Assembly: GCA_028532855.1 (NCBI GenBank)
Contig: JAQQAL010000022.1
Location: 4,844 to 68,843, forward strand
DNA: 64,000 nucleotides
Origin: Candidatus Thalassospirochaeta sargassi
GTDB taxonomy: Bacteria; Spirochaetota; Spirochaetia; UBA9216
Direction of reading: 5' to 3'
Shown here: positions 48,078 to 58,004 of the stretch, in pieces
Layout of the letters: the number at the start of each line of letters is the position of its first letter
Position numbering within the stretch: position 1 is the stretch's first letter
The notes under the pieces: generated by a model
Told to the model about the DNA's origin: nothing
Database searches by the model: none
Seen by the model: the letters and a program-made list of their open reading frames with translations, nothing else
Position numbers and translations under genes: made by a program

Positions 48078-48545
48078 TTAATTTGTAAGACCGACAAATA
48101 AGCCTATTTCTCCAAATTCTCCAGAGATACTTATGATAGCCGTAGAACCGTATGTACTGGTATTTATGTAGATGTTGTTTCCTTTGATGATTGTCGGCGG
48201 TGTTATATCGCTATCAATACCGTTCTCAGATAGTTTAATTGTAGTTCTACCGCCAAGCTGGTTGAGGAGTTCTGCAAAAGTTTCTTTAAACATAGGATCG
48301 CTGTCGGAAATCTCCTGATCCATACCCATGTTTCTGAAAAGCTCTTCTACGAGTTTGACCGCCGTATCGAGTTTAGAATATAGAATCAAGTGGCCCTGTA
48401 TTTCACCTGCCATTCCGATGGTTGCCGTTATATTTGTTGCGTCAAAAGAAACGCTGCTGGAATCTGTATTAATGCTGCTGAGTCCGTTTTCTTTAAATAC
48501 TTCTTCGCATGCTTTCTCAATAAGATTTATGTTGCTTTCACTCAT
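48078..48545 (-). CDS. CheX/CheC-like chemotaxis phosphatase (tentative)
   Basis: 155 aa; N-terminus INLIEKACEEVFKENG..; size and pattern resemble spirochaete CheX. Confidence 0.45.
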   Translation of the reverse strand: MSESNINLIEKACEEVFKENGLSSINTDSSSVSFDATNITATIGMAGEIQGHLILYSKLDTAVKLVEELFRNMGMDQEISDSDPMFKETFAELLNQLGGRTTIKLSENGIDSDITPPTIIKGNNIYINTSTYGSTAIISISGEFGEIGLFVGLTN

Positions 48546-48663
48546 TCATAAAGTATAGGTAAATCTTTCATTCTATGCAAGAAAATTAGTATTAAAATCA
48601 GCTTTTCACATATAACGCGTCTCATTGACAGTATTAATTTTATCAGTATAATATTCTGACATT

Positions 48664-49542
48664 ATGCAAAAGCGGTGTATCCTGAAAGCTCCTGCCAAAC
48701 TTAATCTTCATCTACAGATTGGAGGGAAGCGGGCGGACGGATTTCATGATATTAATTCGCTGTTCATAATGGTCGATCTCTTTGATGAGTTTGACGCAAG
48801 TTCTTTGAAAACAGGTAATGATTGCAGAATAATCGGAGACTTTAACTGTAAAACTGAGCAAAACCTGATATACAAAGCCTGGCAGCTTTTCTGCCTTGAA
48901 GCCGGTAGCAAATACGGTATCGAATTCAGGGTAAGAAAGAATATACCCAGCTTTGCCGGTTTGGGCGGTGGATCATCGGATGCCGCTGCTGCTCTGAAGA
49001 TAATGAATAATATCTTTGATGTAGGATTCTCTGACGACCAGTTAATTGAAATCGGATGCAGGCTTGGAAGTGATGTTCCCTTTTTTTTGACTTCACCAGC
49101 CGCCTTGATAAGCGGAAGGGGTGAGGATGTGAAGGAGATTGATACTGAAGAACTGCACTTTGTGGTTGTACAACCGGATGTAGAGATTTCTACAGCTGAG
49201 GCATACGGATGGATTGATTCTTCTGAAATTAGTCGAAAGCCTTTTTTAACACAAGGTGAAATAATAGACATTTTCAGAGGGCCCGCGGGTGGATATACAG
49301 CTTACTCGAATGATTTTGAAGACGAATTGAATGCGAGATTTGATGAGTTTTTGAAGGCAGAGTCTTTGCTTTATAATGAAGGTGCGCTTTACAGCACTGT
49401 GACAGGAAGCGGTTCGGCCGTTTTGGGACTCTTTGAAAGCCCTGAAAAGGCAGAAAAAGCGAAAAATTCACTCCAAAACAGCTATAAATTCGTTCAAAAA
49501 ATAAAATCGCTTGATAGAATTCCATATGCCATATTAGAATAA
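48664..49542 (+). CDS. ispE: 4-diphosphocytidyl-2-C-methyl-D-erythritol kinase
   Basis: KAPAKLNLHLQIGGKRADGFH; GHMP motif AGLGGGSSDAAAAL. Confidence 0.9.
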   Translation: MQKRCILKAPAKLNLHLQIGGKRADGFHDINSLFIMVDLFDEFDASSLKTGNDCRIIGDFNCKTEQNLIYKAWQLFCLEAGSKYGIEFRVRKNIPSFAGLGGGSSDAAAALKIMNNIFDVGFSDDQLIEIGCRLGSDVPFFLTSPAALISGRGEDVKEIDTEELHFVVVQPDVEISTAEAYGWIDSSEISRKPFLTQGEIIDIFRGPAGGYTAYSNDFEDELNARFDEFLKAESLLYNEGALYSTVTGSGSAVLGLFESPEKAEKAKNSLQNSYKFVQKIKSLDRIPYAILE

Positions 49543-49579
49543 CTATGCCTGAATAATGTACAAGCAAGGAGAGAGGTAT

Positions 49580-49870
49580 ATGGACATTACAGATATCCGT
49601 ATTCGGAGGGTCAGCGCTGATGGTAAACTTCGCGCTTATGTAACTGTAACTTTTGAGGATTGTTTTGTTGTGCACAACGTAAAGGTTATAGAAGGAAAGA
49701 ATGGAGCTTTTATAGCAATGCCCAGCAGAAAAACGAAGACCGGAGAATACAAAGATGTAGCTCATCCTATAAACTCCGAATTTCGCGGACTTCTCCAGAA
49801 AAAAATTCTCGAGGAGTACGAGAAGGCGCTTGAAGATGATTCAACCGTTATGATCTCGTCCGACGAGTAG
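49580..49870 (+). CDS. spoVG: Septation protein SpoVG
   Basis: [51 protein letters not shown]. Start moved to the internal Met. Confidence 0.9.
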   Translation: MDITDIRIRRVSADGKLRAYVTVTFEDCFVVHNVKVIEGKNGAFIAMPSRKTKTGEYKDVAHPINSEFRGLLQKKILEEYEKALEDDSTVMISSDE

Positions 49871-49937
49871 AACGTTAAAAAACAATATAGTTAAATTCTC
49901 GCAAACAGGCTTTTCTGTTACATTACCTGATAGACAT

Positions 49938-50010
49938 TGGGACGTCGGCAAGCGGTTAAGCCTCCGGTTTTTGGAGCCGGTATGCGCAGGTTCGAATCCT
50001 GCCGTCCCAG
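49938..50010 (+). tRNA. tRNA-Gln (anticodon UUG)
   Basis: Manually folded: acceptor TGGGACG/CGTCCCA, D-arm GGC..GCC, anticodon stem CCGGT/GCCGG with loop TTTTGGA (anticodon TTG), T-arm GCAGG-TTCGAAT-CCTGC, discriminator G. Confidence 0.8.
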
Positions 50011-50053
50011 GATAGTAGTAAGAATAATAATAGACGGGAAAGGAGTGCCTTAA

Positions 50054-50680
50054 ATGGACAACAAAACGCTAAGCGCGGAAATAAGAACCGACCTTAAAAA
50101 AAGCGGTGCAAAAAAAGTTAGAGGCAGCGGTAGAATACCAGCTGTAATCTACGGACATAACGAACCGGTTGTTATATCTGTAGATGAGAGAGAATTTACA
50201 AATAAGTTTGAGAAAATCTCTGAAAATACAATTATAACAATCAATGTAGATAAAAACAGCTACAGTGTGCTTGTAAAGGATTTTCAGGATGATATTCTTA
50301 CATCGAAGATTCAGCACATCGATTTTTATGAAATTGAGAAGGGCAAGACTCTTAAGACAAATGTTCCTGTTCATGTGGAAGGAAGTGCAAAGGGTGTTCG
50401 CGAAGGCGGTCTCCTTGACGTCAGACTCCATGAACTTGAAGTTGAATGTCTGCCTAAGGATATTCCCGAGTCAGTTACTGTTGATGTCAGCGACCTTGAA
50501 GCCGGTGATGCTATCCACGTTGCTGATGTGCCAGTTCCGGACGGAGTTAAGGTTCTGAATATGCCTGAACAGACTGTTGTTTCTGTAACTCTCGTTAAGG
50601 CGGAAGTTGAAGAAGCTGAGGGTGAAGAGGAACTTGAAGAAGGTGAAGCATCCGCTGAAACCGAACAGGCTGAAGAATAA
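50054..50680 (+). CDS. rplY: 50S ribosomal protein L25 / general stress protein Ctc
   Basis: IPAVIYGHNEPVVISVDEREF; acidic C-terminal tail. Confidence 0.85.
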   Translation: MDNKTLSAEIRTDLKKSGAKKVRGSGRIPAVIYGHNEPVVISVDEREFTNKFEKISENTIITINVDKNSYSVLVKDFQDDILTSKIQHIDFYEIEKGKTLKTNVPVHVEGSAKGVREGGLLDVRLHELEVECLPKDIPESVTVDVSDLEAGDAIHVADVPVPDGVKVLNMPEQTVVSVTLVKAEVEEAEGEEELEEGEASAETEQAEE

Positions 50681-51254
50681 AAACTTAATCTTAATCGGCC
50701 TTGGTAATCCGGGCGATAAATACCGCGAAACCAGGCATAATGCGGGCTTCGCGGTTATTGATTACTTATCTGAAAAATTTGAAGCACCTCTTAATAAAGC
50801 TTTTTTAAGACCCGTTAGCTACGGGTCTTTTGCTTTCTCGGAATATAATGTGTATTTGGTAAAGCCGTTAACCTTCATGAATCGTTCAGGTGATGTACTG
50901 CCGTATATTCTCCGGAAAACAGCTTGTTCGGCTGATGATGTTGTTCTTGTCTGTGATAATATGGATCTTGTTCCCGGGATGATCAGATTGAAGAAAAAAG
51001 GCTCTTCAGCAGGCCACAATGGGATAAAATCGGTTATAGAAAGTCTGCAGACTGATAAATTCAAGCGGATGTATATTGGTGTAGGACGCAGTAAAACCGG
51101 AGAATCCGTAGTTGACCATGTCCTGGGCTGTTTTAATGAATCGGACAGGCAGGAATTCAATAAAGCGGTTAAAGCAGCAGCTGATGCCCTTATAGGGCTT
51201 ACTGTAAAAGATGAAAACCTGGTGATGAATGAAATCAATAAAAAACAGGATTGA
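50607..51254 (+). CDS. pth: Peptidyl-tRNA hydrolase (start uncertain)
   Basis: LILIGLGNPGDKYRETRHNAGF..HNGIKS. The only in-frame ATG (50607) overlaps rplY by 74 nt, so the real start may be a non-ATG codon near 50670-50690. Confidence 0.8.
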   Translation: MKKLRVKRNLKKVKHPLKPNRLKNKNLILIGLGNPGDKYRETRHNAGFAVIDYLSEKFEAPLNKAFLRPVSYGSFAFSEYNVYLVKPLTFMNRSGDVLPYILRKTACSADDVVLVCDNMDLVPGMIRLKKKGSSAGHNGIKSVIESLQTDKFKRMYIGVGRSKTGESVVDHVLGCFNESDRQEFNKAVKAAADALIGLTVKDENLVMNEINKKQD

Positions 51255-52632
51255 TGAACAGGTAAAACAATATCTCAAAGATTACGGAATAAAACCCGGA
51301 GCCAGAATTATTGCTGCATGGTCAGGCGGAACCGATTCGACGGCTATGCTGTCAATTCTGAAGAACCTCGATGGATTCAATTTTGATATAACTGCAGCCT
51401 GGTATAATCACTGTCTTCGTGATGAGGCCGATATGTTGTCCGAAGAACAGCTTGTAAACAGGCTCGCAGCAGAATTCGAAGTACATTTGGTGAAAGGTTA
51501 TGCTGGTAAAGGTGTGCTTAAGAAGATGGCTCAGCAGGAATCTTTAAGTCTCGAGGAAGCGGCCCGAAATGCACGTTATTCATTCCTGGAAGAAACGCTG
51601 AAAACACGTAACGCTGATTTTATTTCTCTTGGACATAATCTGAATGATAATACCGAAACTATGCTGATGAGAATTATGCAGAATGCAGGCTTGAGGGGCT
51701 TATCGGGCATACCTGAAAAACGAGGTGTAATTATAAGACCTATGTGCAGGTTAAGTCGCGGCGAGATAGAGGAATATCTCGATTCTGTGCGATTATCATT
51801 CAGTACTGACAGAACAAATCTTGAAAACGAATTTCTTAGAAACAGGCTTCGAAACAAGGTGATACCGGCAGCCAGGGAGATTTTCCCTGTGCTGGACAGA
51901 AGTATGTATGAACTTTCAGGAAAAATAAAAGAGCAGAATGATTTTATTGACAATGAGACCGTAAAACGTCTGAAATGGACTGAAGACCTGGGTGTGTGGA
52001 AGATAGAGCAGAGTATTTTTTATGCACAGCCCCTTATTTTAAGAATTAACAGCATATTCATGATACTGAACAGAATAGGTATAGGTTCGCGTATCAGGTA
52101 TAAAGCTATAGAGCAGGCTGTCGATGGAAATTTTCCCGGAAACGGGAAGACTCTACTTAGAACATCATCCTTTGAGATTGCGGCACGAAGCGGCTATATT
52201 TTCATTCAGAGACTTGTAAATCAGGCTGAAAAAAGTTATTTTATATACTTGGAACCGGGTATGCACAGGATGTTCGCAGGGCAGAGTTTAACCGTATATG
52301 AATCTGACGGTTATAAAAACTCTGAACCTCCGGCTCTTAATCGAATGACGGTGTCATCGAACGGCGATTTGATAATACGCTCTTATCGGGAGGGTGATTA
52401 TATATACACCGAAAACGGTAAAAAAAGCGTGAAGAAAATATTTAATGAGTGGAAGGTAGTATCGGCCGACAGGTCACGTCTGCCGCTTGTTGAAAGCTGC
52501 GGTATTATTATAGCAGTTGCCGGCAAGCACCTCGGTTATGAAAACAGATTCAGCGTTGATTCCAATAAGAATCAGTGCAGAAAGAAAATCCTGTTAATTT
52601 TTAACAGTGATACGGAGACTATTTGTGAGTGA
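51229..52632 (+). CDS. tilS: tRNA(Ile)-lysidine synthetase
   Basis: PP-loop SGGTDSTAML. Confidence 0.85.
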   Translation: MKSIKNRIDEQVKQYLKDYGIKPGARIIAAWSGGTDSTAMLSILKNLDGFNFDITAAWYNHCLRDEADMLSEEQLVNRLAAEFEVHLVKGYAGKGVLKKMAQQESLSLEEAARNARYSFLEETLKTRNADFISLGHNLNDNTETMLMRIMQNAGLRGLSGIPEKRGVIIRPMCRLSRGEIEEYLDSVRLSFSTDRTNLENEFLRNRLRNKVIPAAREIFPVLDRSMYELSGKIKEQNDFIDNETVKRLKWTEDLGVWKIEQSIFYAQPLILRINSIFMILNRIGIGSRIRYKAIEQAVDGNFPGNGKTLLRTSSFEIAARSGYIFIQRLVNQAEKSYFIYLEPGMHRMFAGQSLTVYESDGYKNSEPPALNRMTVSSNGDLIIRSYREGDYIYTENGKKSVKKIFNEWKVVSADRSRLPLVESCGIIIAVAGKHLGYENRFSVDSNKNQCRKKILLIFNSDTETICE

Positions 52633-54508
52633 TAACAACCAAGAACCTGGAAGAAATAATGACAATAAACCCGGGTTTGATCTGAACAGAAATAATAAAT
52701 TTGCATTATTTTTTCTGGTTTCATTAATAATAATGTTTTTTGTCTTATTTCTTCTAAACGACAGGACTGCGGGAACAGAGATCCCCTATTCAACCTTTAT
52801 GAATTATCTCGAAAGTGGACAGATAACCGCGGTTAAGATTTACGACAACAAAACGATTCAGGGAACCATGACTGGTCCTACCGGAATGGCTACTGTGTTT
52901 GAAACAGACATCCCGTACTTTGACGATTACCTGATGGAGAAGCTGCGGGATAATAACGTAATAATCGAAGGGGCCGAAAGCAATGCCGGAGCGGCAACCA
53001 TATTCATTCAGATTATTCCCTGGATTATTGGTTTTGGATTTATCTGGTTTATGCTGAGGCAGATGCAGGGGGGGGGGAACAAAGCCTTCTCATTTGGCAA
53101 GAGCCGGGCAAAAAGGTATACCCAGAGTGATAAAAAGATTACCTTCAATGATGTTGCCGGTCAGGAAGAAGCCAAATATGAGCTTCAGGAAGTTGTAGAC
53201 TTTCTGAAGAACCCCGGAAAATTCCAGAAACTAGGAGCACGGGTTCCGAAGGGCGTTCTGCTTGTCGGCATGCCCGGAACCGGTAAAACTCTGCTTGCAA
53301 AAGCAGCAGCCGGAGAAGCCGGTGTGAACTTTTTTCATATGTCCGGTTCGGATTTTGTTGAGATGTTTGTCGGTGTAGGTGCAAGCCGGGTTAGAGACCT
53401 CTTTGATCAGGGCCGAAAAAACGCTCCCTGTATTCTCTTTATAGATGAGCTTGATGCTGTGGGACGTACCAGAGGCGCCGGATACGGAGGCGGGCATGAT
53501 GAGCGAGAACAGACGCTTAATCAGATGCTTGTTGAGATGGACGGCTTTGATACCAAAGATGGTGTTATGATACTTGCTGCAACAAACCGGCCTGATGTAC
53601 TCGACCCTGCCTTACTTAGACCGGGCCGTTTTGACCGGCAGGTTGTTGTTGATATGCCGGATCTTAAAGAAAGGCATGCAATACTTAAAATACATGTCCA
53701 GAAGATTAAGATGCAGGAAGATGTGGAATTAGGGAAAATAGCAAGATCGACCCCTGGCACCTCCGGTGCTGATCTGGCCAATCTTGTAAATGAAGCTGCC
53801 CTTTTTGCGGGACGTCACGGACGTGATATAGTTACGAGCTCGGATTTCGAAGAGGCTCGCGACAAGATACTTCTTGGTGTGGCAAGAACCTCAAGAATGA
53901 TTTCACCGGAAGAAAAACTTGCGACATCATGGCATGAGGCTGGACACGCTCTTCTTCATTATCATCTGGAGTATGCTGATCCCCTGCATAAGGTAACTGT
54001 TATACCCCACGGTCAGGCTTTAGGGCTTGCGCTGTCACTTCCTGAGAAAGATTCATACTCTATGAGAAGAGGCTGGATACTGGACAGGATAAAGATAACC
54101 ATGGGCGGTTATGTTGCTGAGAAGATAAAATACGGCGAAACAACTACAGGTACCAAAAACGATATTGAGCAGGCTACCATGCTCGCACGAAGGATGATTA
54201 CCGAATGGGGTATGTCGGATAAAATCGGCTTTGTATCATACGGTGCTGAAGATGAACCAATTTTTATCGGGAAAGAGATTGCGCAGCATAAGGATTATTC
54301 AGAAGAGACGGCAAAGCTTATTGACTCTGAAATTAACAATGTTCTCAGTACCTGTCTAAGTGATACAGAGAGAATTCTTACTGACAACAAAAAGCAGCTC
54401 GAAAAACTGGCGCAGGAACTGTTTGAAAAAGAAACACTTGACGACGATCAGATAAGAGAGCTGCTGAATCTTGGACCGGCAGTAAAACATATAGATACTG
54501 AAGAATAA
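52607..54508 (+). CDS. ftsH: ATP-dependent zinc metalloprotease FtsH
   Basis: AAA module [23 protein letters not shown]; HEAGHAL zinc motif; N-terminal TM helices. Confidence 0.95.
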   Translation: MIRRLFVSDNNQEPGRNNDNKPGFDLNRNNKFALFFLVSLIIMFFVLFLLNDRTAGTEIPYSTFMNYLESGQITAVKIYDNKTIQGTMTGPTGMATVFETDIPYFDDYLMEKLRDNNVIIEGAESNAGAATIFIQIIPWIIGFGFIWFMLRQMQGGGNKAFSFGKSRAKRYTQSDKKITFNDVAGQEEAKYELQEVVDFLKNPGKFQKLGARVPKGVLLVGMPGTGKTLLAKAAAGEAGVNFFHMSGSDFVEMFVGVGASRVRDLFDQGRKNAPCILFIDELDAVGRTRGAGYGGGHDEREQTLNQMLVEMDGFDTKDGVMILAATNRPDVLDPALLRPGRFDRQVVVDMPDLKERHAILKIHVQKIKMQEDVELGKIARSTPGTSGADLANLVNEAALFAGRHGRDIVTSSDFEEARDKILLGVARTSRMISPEEKLATSWHEAGHALLHYHLEYADPLHKVTVIPHGQALGLALSLPEKDSYSMRRGWILDRIKITMGGYVAEKIKYGETTTGTKNDIEQATMLARRMITEWGMSDKIGFVSYGAEDEPIFIGKEIAQHKDYSEETAKLIDSEINNVLSTCLSDTERILTDNKKQLEKLAQELFEKETLDDDQIRELLNLGPAVKHIDTEE

Positions 54509-54528
54509 ATTTATTTCCGTCTCAGGTA

Positions 54529-54567
54529 AAAGCCCCCTTTGCGCCGATAATCAAAGGGGGTTTTTTT
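54529..54567 (+). terminator. Rho-independent terminator after ftsH
   Basis: AAAGCCCCCTTTG-cgccgataat-CAAAGGGGGTTTTTTT. Confidence 0.8.
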
Positions 54568-56235
54568 ATGAAGAAATCAATGTTGCTCACTGCGGCTTTT
54601 ATTTTCATTGCAGTATTTAGAATATATTCTTTTGACGATATGAACCGCAGGATAGGTATTATCTATCTGAAGAATGCTGCTGCTTATTATCTGAATGAAC
54701 AGTATGATGAGGCGGAAAGATTTCTTGAAAAAACCAGCGAATTCCATGACACATCATCTGATTATGAATACCTCTACGGATTAATAAGGCTTGAAAAAGA
54801 AAATAGAATCAATGACGCTGCTGATTATTTTGAGAGAGCGATTGATAATGGCAACTGGATTCTCCTTGATAAAAAGGACTGTGTTACAGATTTATCTTTG
54901 ATTCTTTTCAGAAAAAAAGAATACCTGAAACTCATCAATATAGTTGAGCAGGAAGCTTACCCCGATTATAACGACAATGATTTGATGTATCTATATCTTC
55001 TAAGTCTTAAATACGCCGGACGTTCTAATGATTTCAGCGTGGTATTGAATAGAGCTGTAAGCAGATATTCAGATGATTACAGATTTGCACTTCTATTCGT
55101 CCATGAAAACATCAACTACAGAAACCGAGTCCTGTCCGGTATGCAGGTTTTCAGGAATGAAGAAGGGCAGGCTGCGGTAATGTTTGAGGCTGCAATGACT
55201 CTTGAGGACAGCGGAGAAAAGCTTGCTGCAATTAAGAAGTATCACTCTGCAGGAGGAAAGGATGTTTCTTCATATATTGAATATTACAGACTGCGCGGTA
55301 ATATAACCGATGAAGAGCTTGAGGGTCTTTTGAGCAAAAAGATTTTTGAAAATCCAGCCAATATAAAAAGACTAGAATCTATTCTTCCGAGAATCGAACA
55401 GCGAAGAAGGCTTGAAGAAGCCTGGCAGAGCTATACCGGGAATGTATATTATGATTTCAATGACGACGGATATTTTGAAGAACTTCATTTATACGAAAAC
55501 GGTATTCCGGTAGGTGTAAGCATTGATGAAAATCAGGACGGGATAATAGAGGTGATGCTAATTTTTGATGGTGAGAATCCTGCAGAGGTAATTATATCAG
55601 GAGAAACATTCAGTGTGATTTCTTTTGAAGACTATCCTTATGTAAAAGAACTCAGTGTCTCAGAAGGGAGCGAACGGGAGGTTTATACGTTTTTGAAGGC
55701 TAAACTCAGCCTTCCGGTTTATGAGATAAGATCTGCAGATAATAAACTTGTTTTTAATAAAGATAATGTTGAACAGTTTCTTAGTGACCTCGAAGTTTTG
55801 AAAAATTCGGCGGTAAGAATCTCCAGTTATACAGGCGGGGGGGCAAAGGATAATTATGTTTATCTGAAGAAAGAACTTGAACGTCGGGACGAGTTATATT
55901 CTGTACTGAAAATTTACAATAAAATTATAGGAAACTATGTATATCAGCAGGTGAATGACAAGAGAACAACAGGTTTTGCAGATATAGATTATGATAATCT
56001 TATAGACCTAAAGGAAAATTATAAGGATGGACGGATAATTTCAATCGAGGCTGATGATAATAAAAACGGTATTTTTGATTTCAAAATAACCTTTGATGAA
56101 GACAAGTCTGTTTCATGGTGGGATTTTAATGAAGACGGCCTCTATGACTGTAGGCAGTATTCGGAAAATGGTGTAATAATTAATGAGTATTCTTCAAATT
56201 TTGATGGAAATTTTGACATTATTGAAAGGAATTAA
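54568..56235 (+). CDS. Hypothetical secreted protein (signal peptide, TPR-like helical N-terminus)
   Basis: 555-aa ORF; N-terminus MKKSMLLTAAFIFIAVFRIYS. Confidence 0.5.
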   Translation: MKKSMLLTAAFIFIAVFRIYSFDDMNRRIGIIYLKNAAAYYLNEQYDEAERFLEKTSEFHDTSSDYEYLYGLIRLEKENRINDAADYFERAIDNGNWILLDKKDCVTDLSLILFRKKEYLKLINIVEQEAYPDYNDNDLMYLYLLSLKYAGRSNDFSVVLNRAVSRYSDDYRFALLFVHENINYRNRVLSGMQVFRNEEGQAAVMFEAAMTLEDSGEKLAAIKKYHSAGGKDVSSYIEYYRLRGNITDEELEGLLSKKIFENPANIKRLESILPRIEQRRRLEEAWQSYTGNVYYDFNDDGYFEELHLYENGIPVGVSIDENQDGIIEVMLIFDGENPAEVIISGETFSVISFEDYPYVKELSVSEGSEREVYTFLKAKLSLPVYEIRSADNKLVFNKDNVEQFLSDLEVLKNSAVRISSYTGGGAKDNYVYLKKELERRDELYSVLKIYNKIIGNYVYQQVNDKRTTGFADIDYDNLIDLKENYKDGRIISIEADDNKNGIFDFKITFDEDKSVSWWDFNEDGLYDCRQYSENGVIINEYSSNFDGNFDIIERN

Positions 56236-56237
56236 AA

Positions 56238-58004
56238 GTGCAACGCAGTATCCAAATATTAATCTCATTTTTTTTACTTATGCTTATCTTCTCATGTGCT
56301 ACAGATACCGATGCTGTTCGTGAAATACCTGAATACAGTGAAGCTTTCATAGATAAGATCAACGAATATATAGATGCTGGAGAATACGGACGGGCAATAT
56401 CACTCTGCCGTACCGTAGAGGACGAAAGAATTGCCAAGCTTGAAAAAAAAGCAGTTGCCGGCATACATAAAGCCCTTGCGGTAGCTATAGTAGAGAAAAA
56501 ATTTATAGAGGCTGCGGAATTTCTAAAATCATTAGATGCAGCAGGAGCTGAACACGAATATAATCTGGCTGAAATATATATTTCCAGTATTGAAAAGGCT
56601 TTGGACGATGATGCCGAAGCACTTGCGCTAGCAGTTTTTCAACGGGATATTATTAACCGTGATTCTGACTACAGTATGACTGCTGAAACTGAATCTCTAC
56701 TTTTCGATGCATCACTTGAAAACCGGAATGAAATTGTTCTGGATTATCTGTTGGAGCGTAATTCTGAATTGTCTGAAAACCGTGAAGATGAAATAGCTGC
56801 GGCACGTAAAACTCCGGAAAAAAATGAGATGATAAGCGGTACGGTGACAGTCTGGATAGACAGGGGCATAAAACTTGAAGGCGGTTTGGGTTATCCGGAC
56901 AGGGTAATCGGAAGCGGTTTTTATATAGACAGACGTGGATATGTTCTGACTAATTATCATGTTATATCAAGCGAAGTGGATCCTGAATATGAGGGGTTTT
57001 CGAGGCTGTATATTAAATACGACAAGAATGAAGAAAAAATACCAGCTACTGTTGTCGGCTGGGATGAATCATTGGATATCGCTTTACTGAAAGCCGCAAT
57101 TACGCCGGAATATATATACAACTTTCCTGAACTCAGAGAATATAAACCAGGTGAATCAATATTTGCTATTGGATCACCTGGCGGTCTGGATAAAACAATA
57201 ACCTCAGGGATAATATCTGCTACCGGTGACAGACGGCTTTTACCGCTGGGTGATACCATACAGGTGGATGTCCCCATAAACAGCGGAAACAGCGGGGGAC
57301 CTGTTGTCGACGAAGATGGAAAGCTTGTAGGGGTTGTCTTCGCCGGCATCGAGCAGTTTGAGGGCGTAAACTTCATAATTCCTGTGAAATGGATTATGAA
57401 CAGTTTGTCTGAGCTGTACGTTGAGGGACGAAACAGGCAGTCATGGCTGGGTTTGTCGGTTCACGAGAGTAATGACGGGCTGGAGATAATCTATGTGATG
57501 CCGGGGACTTCGGGCTTCATAGCGGGTGTAGGCGCCGGAGACAGGATTGTGAGTATAGGCGGCAGAGCTGCTGAGGAAATTACAGATGCTCAGGAAGTAA
57601 TGCTGTCATATCGTCCCGGCACGCTCGTGAATCTTGTTGTAGAGAGGGACGAAGAAGAGCTTGAGTTCCTGCTTATTGCCGAAGAAAGAAAAAACATGCC
57701 TATGAAGAAAGCTCTGCAGCTGGACAGCAGAAAAAATCTAATGGCGCCTTTTCTTGGCATGGCTGTGGAAAGGGGTAATGAGGATGTCATGGGACAGCAG
57801 TACATTATTAAAAGAGTCTACCGCGGAATGAGTGCAGATGAAACTGGTTTATCGGTTGACGATCCGTTCTCGATAGTCAACTGGGAAGTCGATGAAAAAA
57901 ACGGTGTAATATATGCAGGAATCAGAATAAAGAAACGAAAAGCCGGATTTCTTGAAACGGCAATTCAGCTAGGCAGTTATATAGATATAAATAATACAAT
58001 ATGA
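56238..58004 (+). CDS. Trypsin-like serine protease with PDZ domain (HtrA/DegP family), probable lipoprotein
   Basis: Lipobox LIFSC; catalytic GNSGGPVVD; PDZ GDRIVSIGG. Confidence 0.8.
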   Translation: MQRSIQILISFFLLMLIFSCATDTDAVREIPEYSEAFIDKINEYIDAGEYGRAISLCRTVEDERIAKLEKKAVAGIHKALAVAIVEKKFIEAAEFLKSLDAAGAEHEYNLAEIYISSIEKALDDDAEALALAVFQRDIINRDSDYSMTAETESLLFDASLENRNEIVLDYLLERNSELSENREDEIAAARKTPEKNEMISGTVTVWIDRGIKLEGGLGYPDRVIGSGFYIDRRGYVLTNYHVISSEVDPEYEGFSRLYIKYDKNEEKIPATVVGWDESLDIALLKAAITPEYIYNFPELREYKPGESIFAIGSPGGLDKTITSGIISATGDRRLLPLGDTIQVDVPINSGNSGGPVVDEDGKLVGVVFAGIEQFEGVNFIIPVKWIMNSLSELYVEGRNRQSWLGLSVHESNDGLEIIYVMPGTSGFIAGVGAGDRIVSIGGRAAEEITDAQEVMLSYRPGTLVNLVVERDEEELEFLLIAEERKNMPMKKALQLDSRKNLMAPFLGMAVERGNEDVMGQQYIIKRVYRGMSADETGLSVDDPFSIVNWEVDEKNGVIYAGIRIKKRKAGFLETAIQLGSYIDINNTI

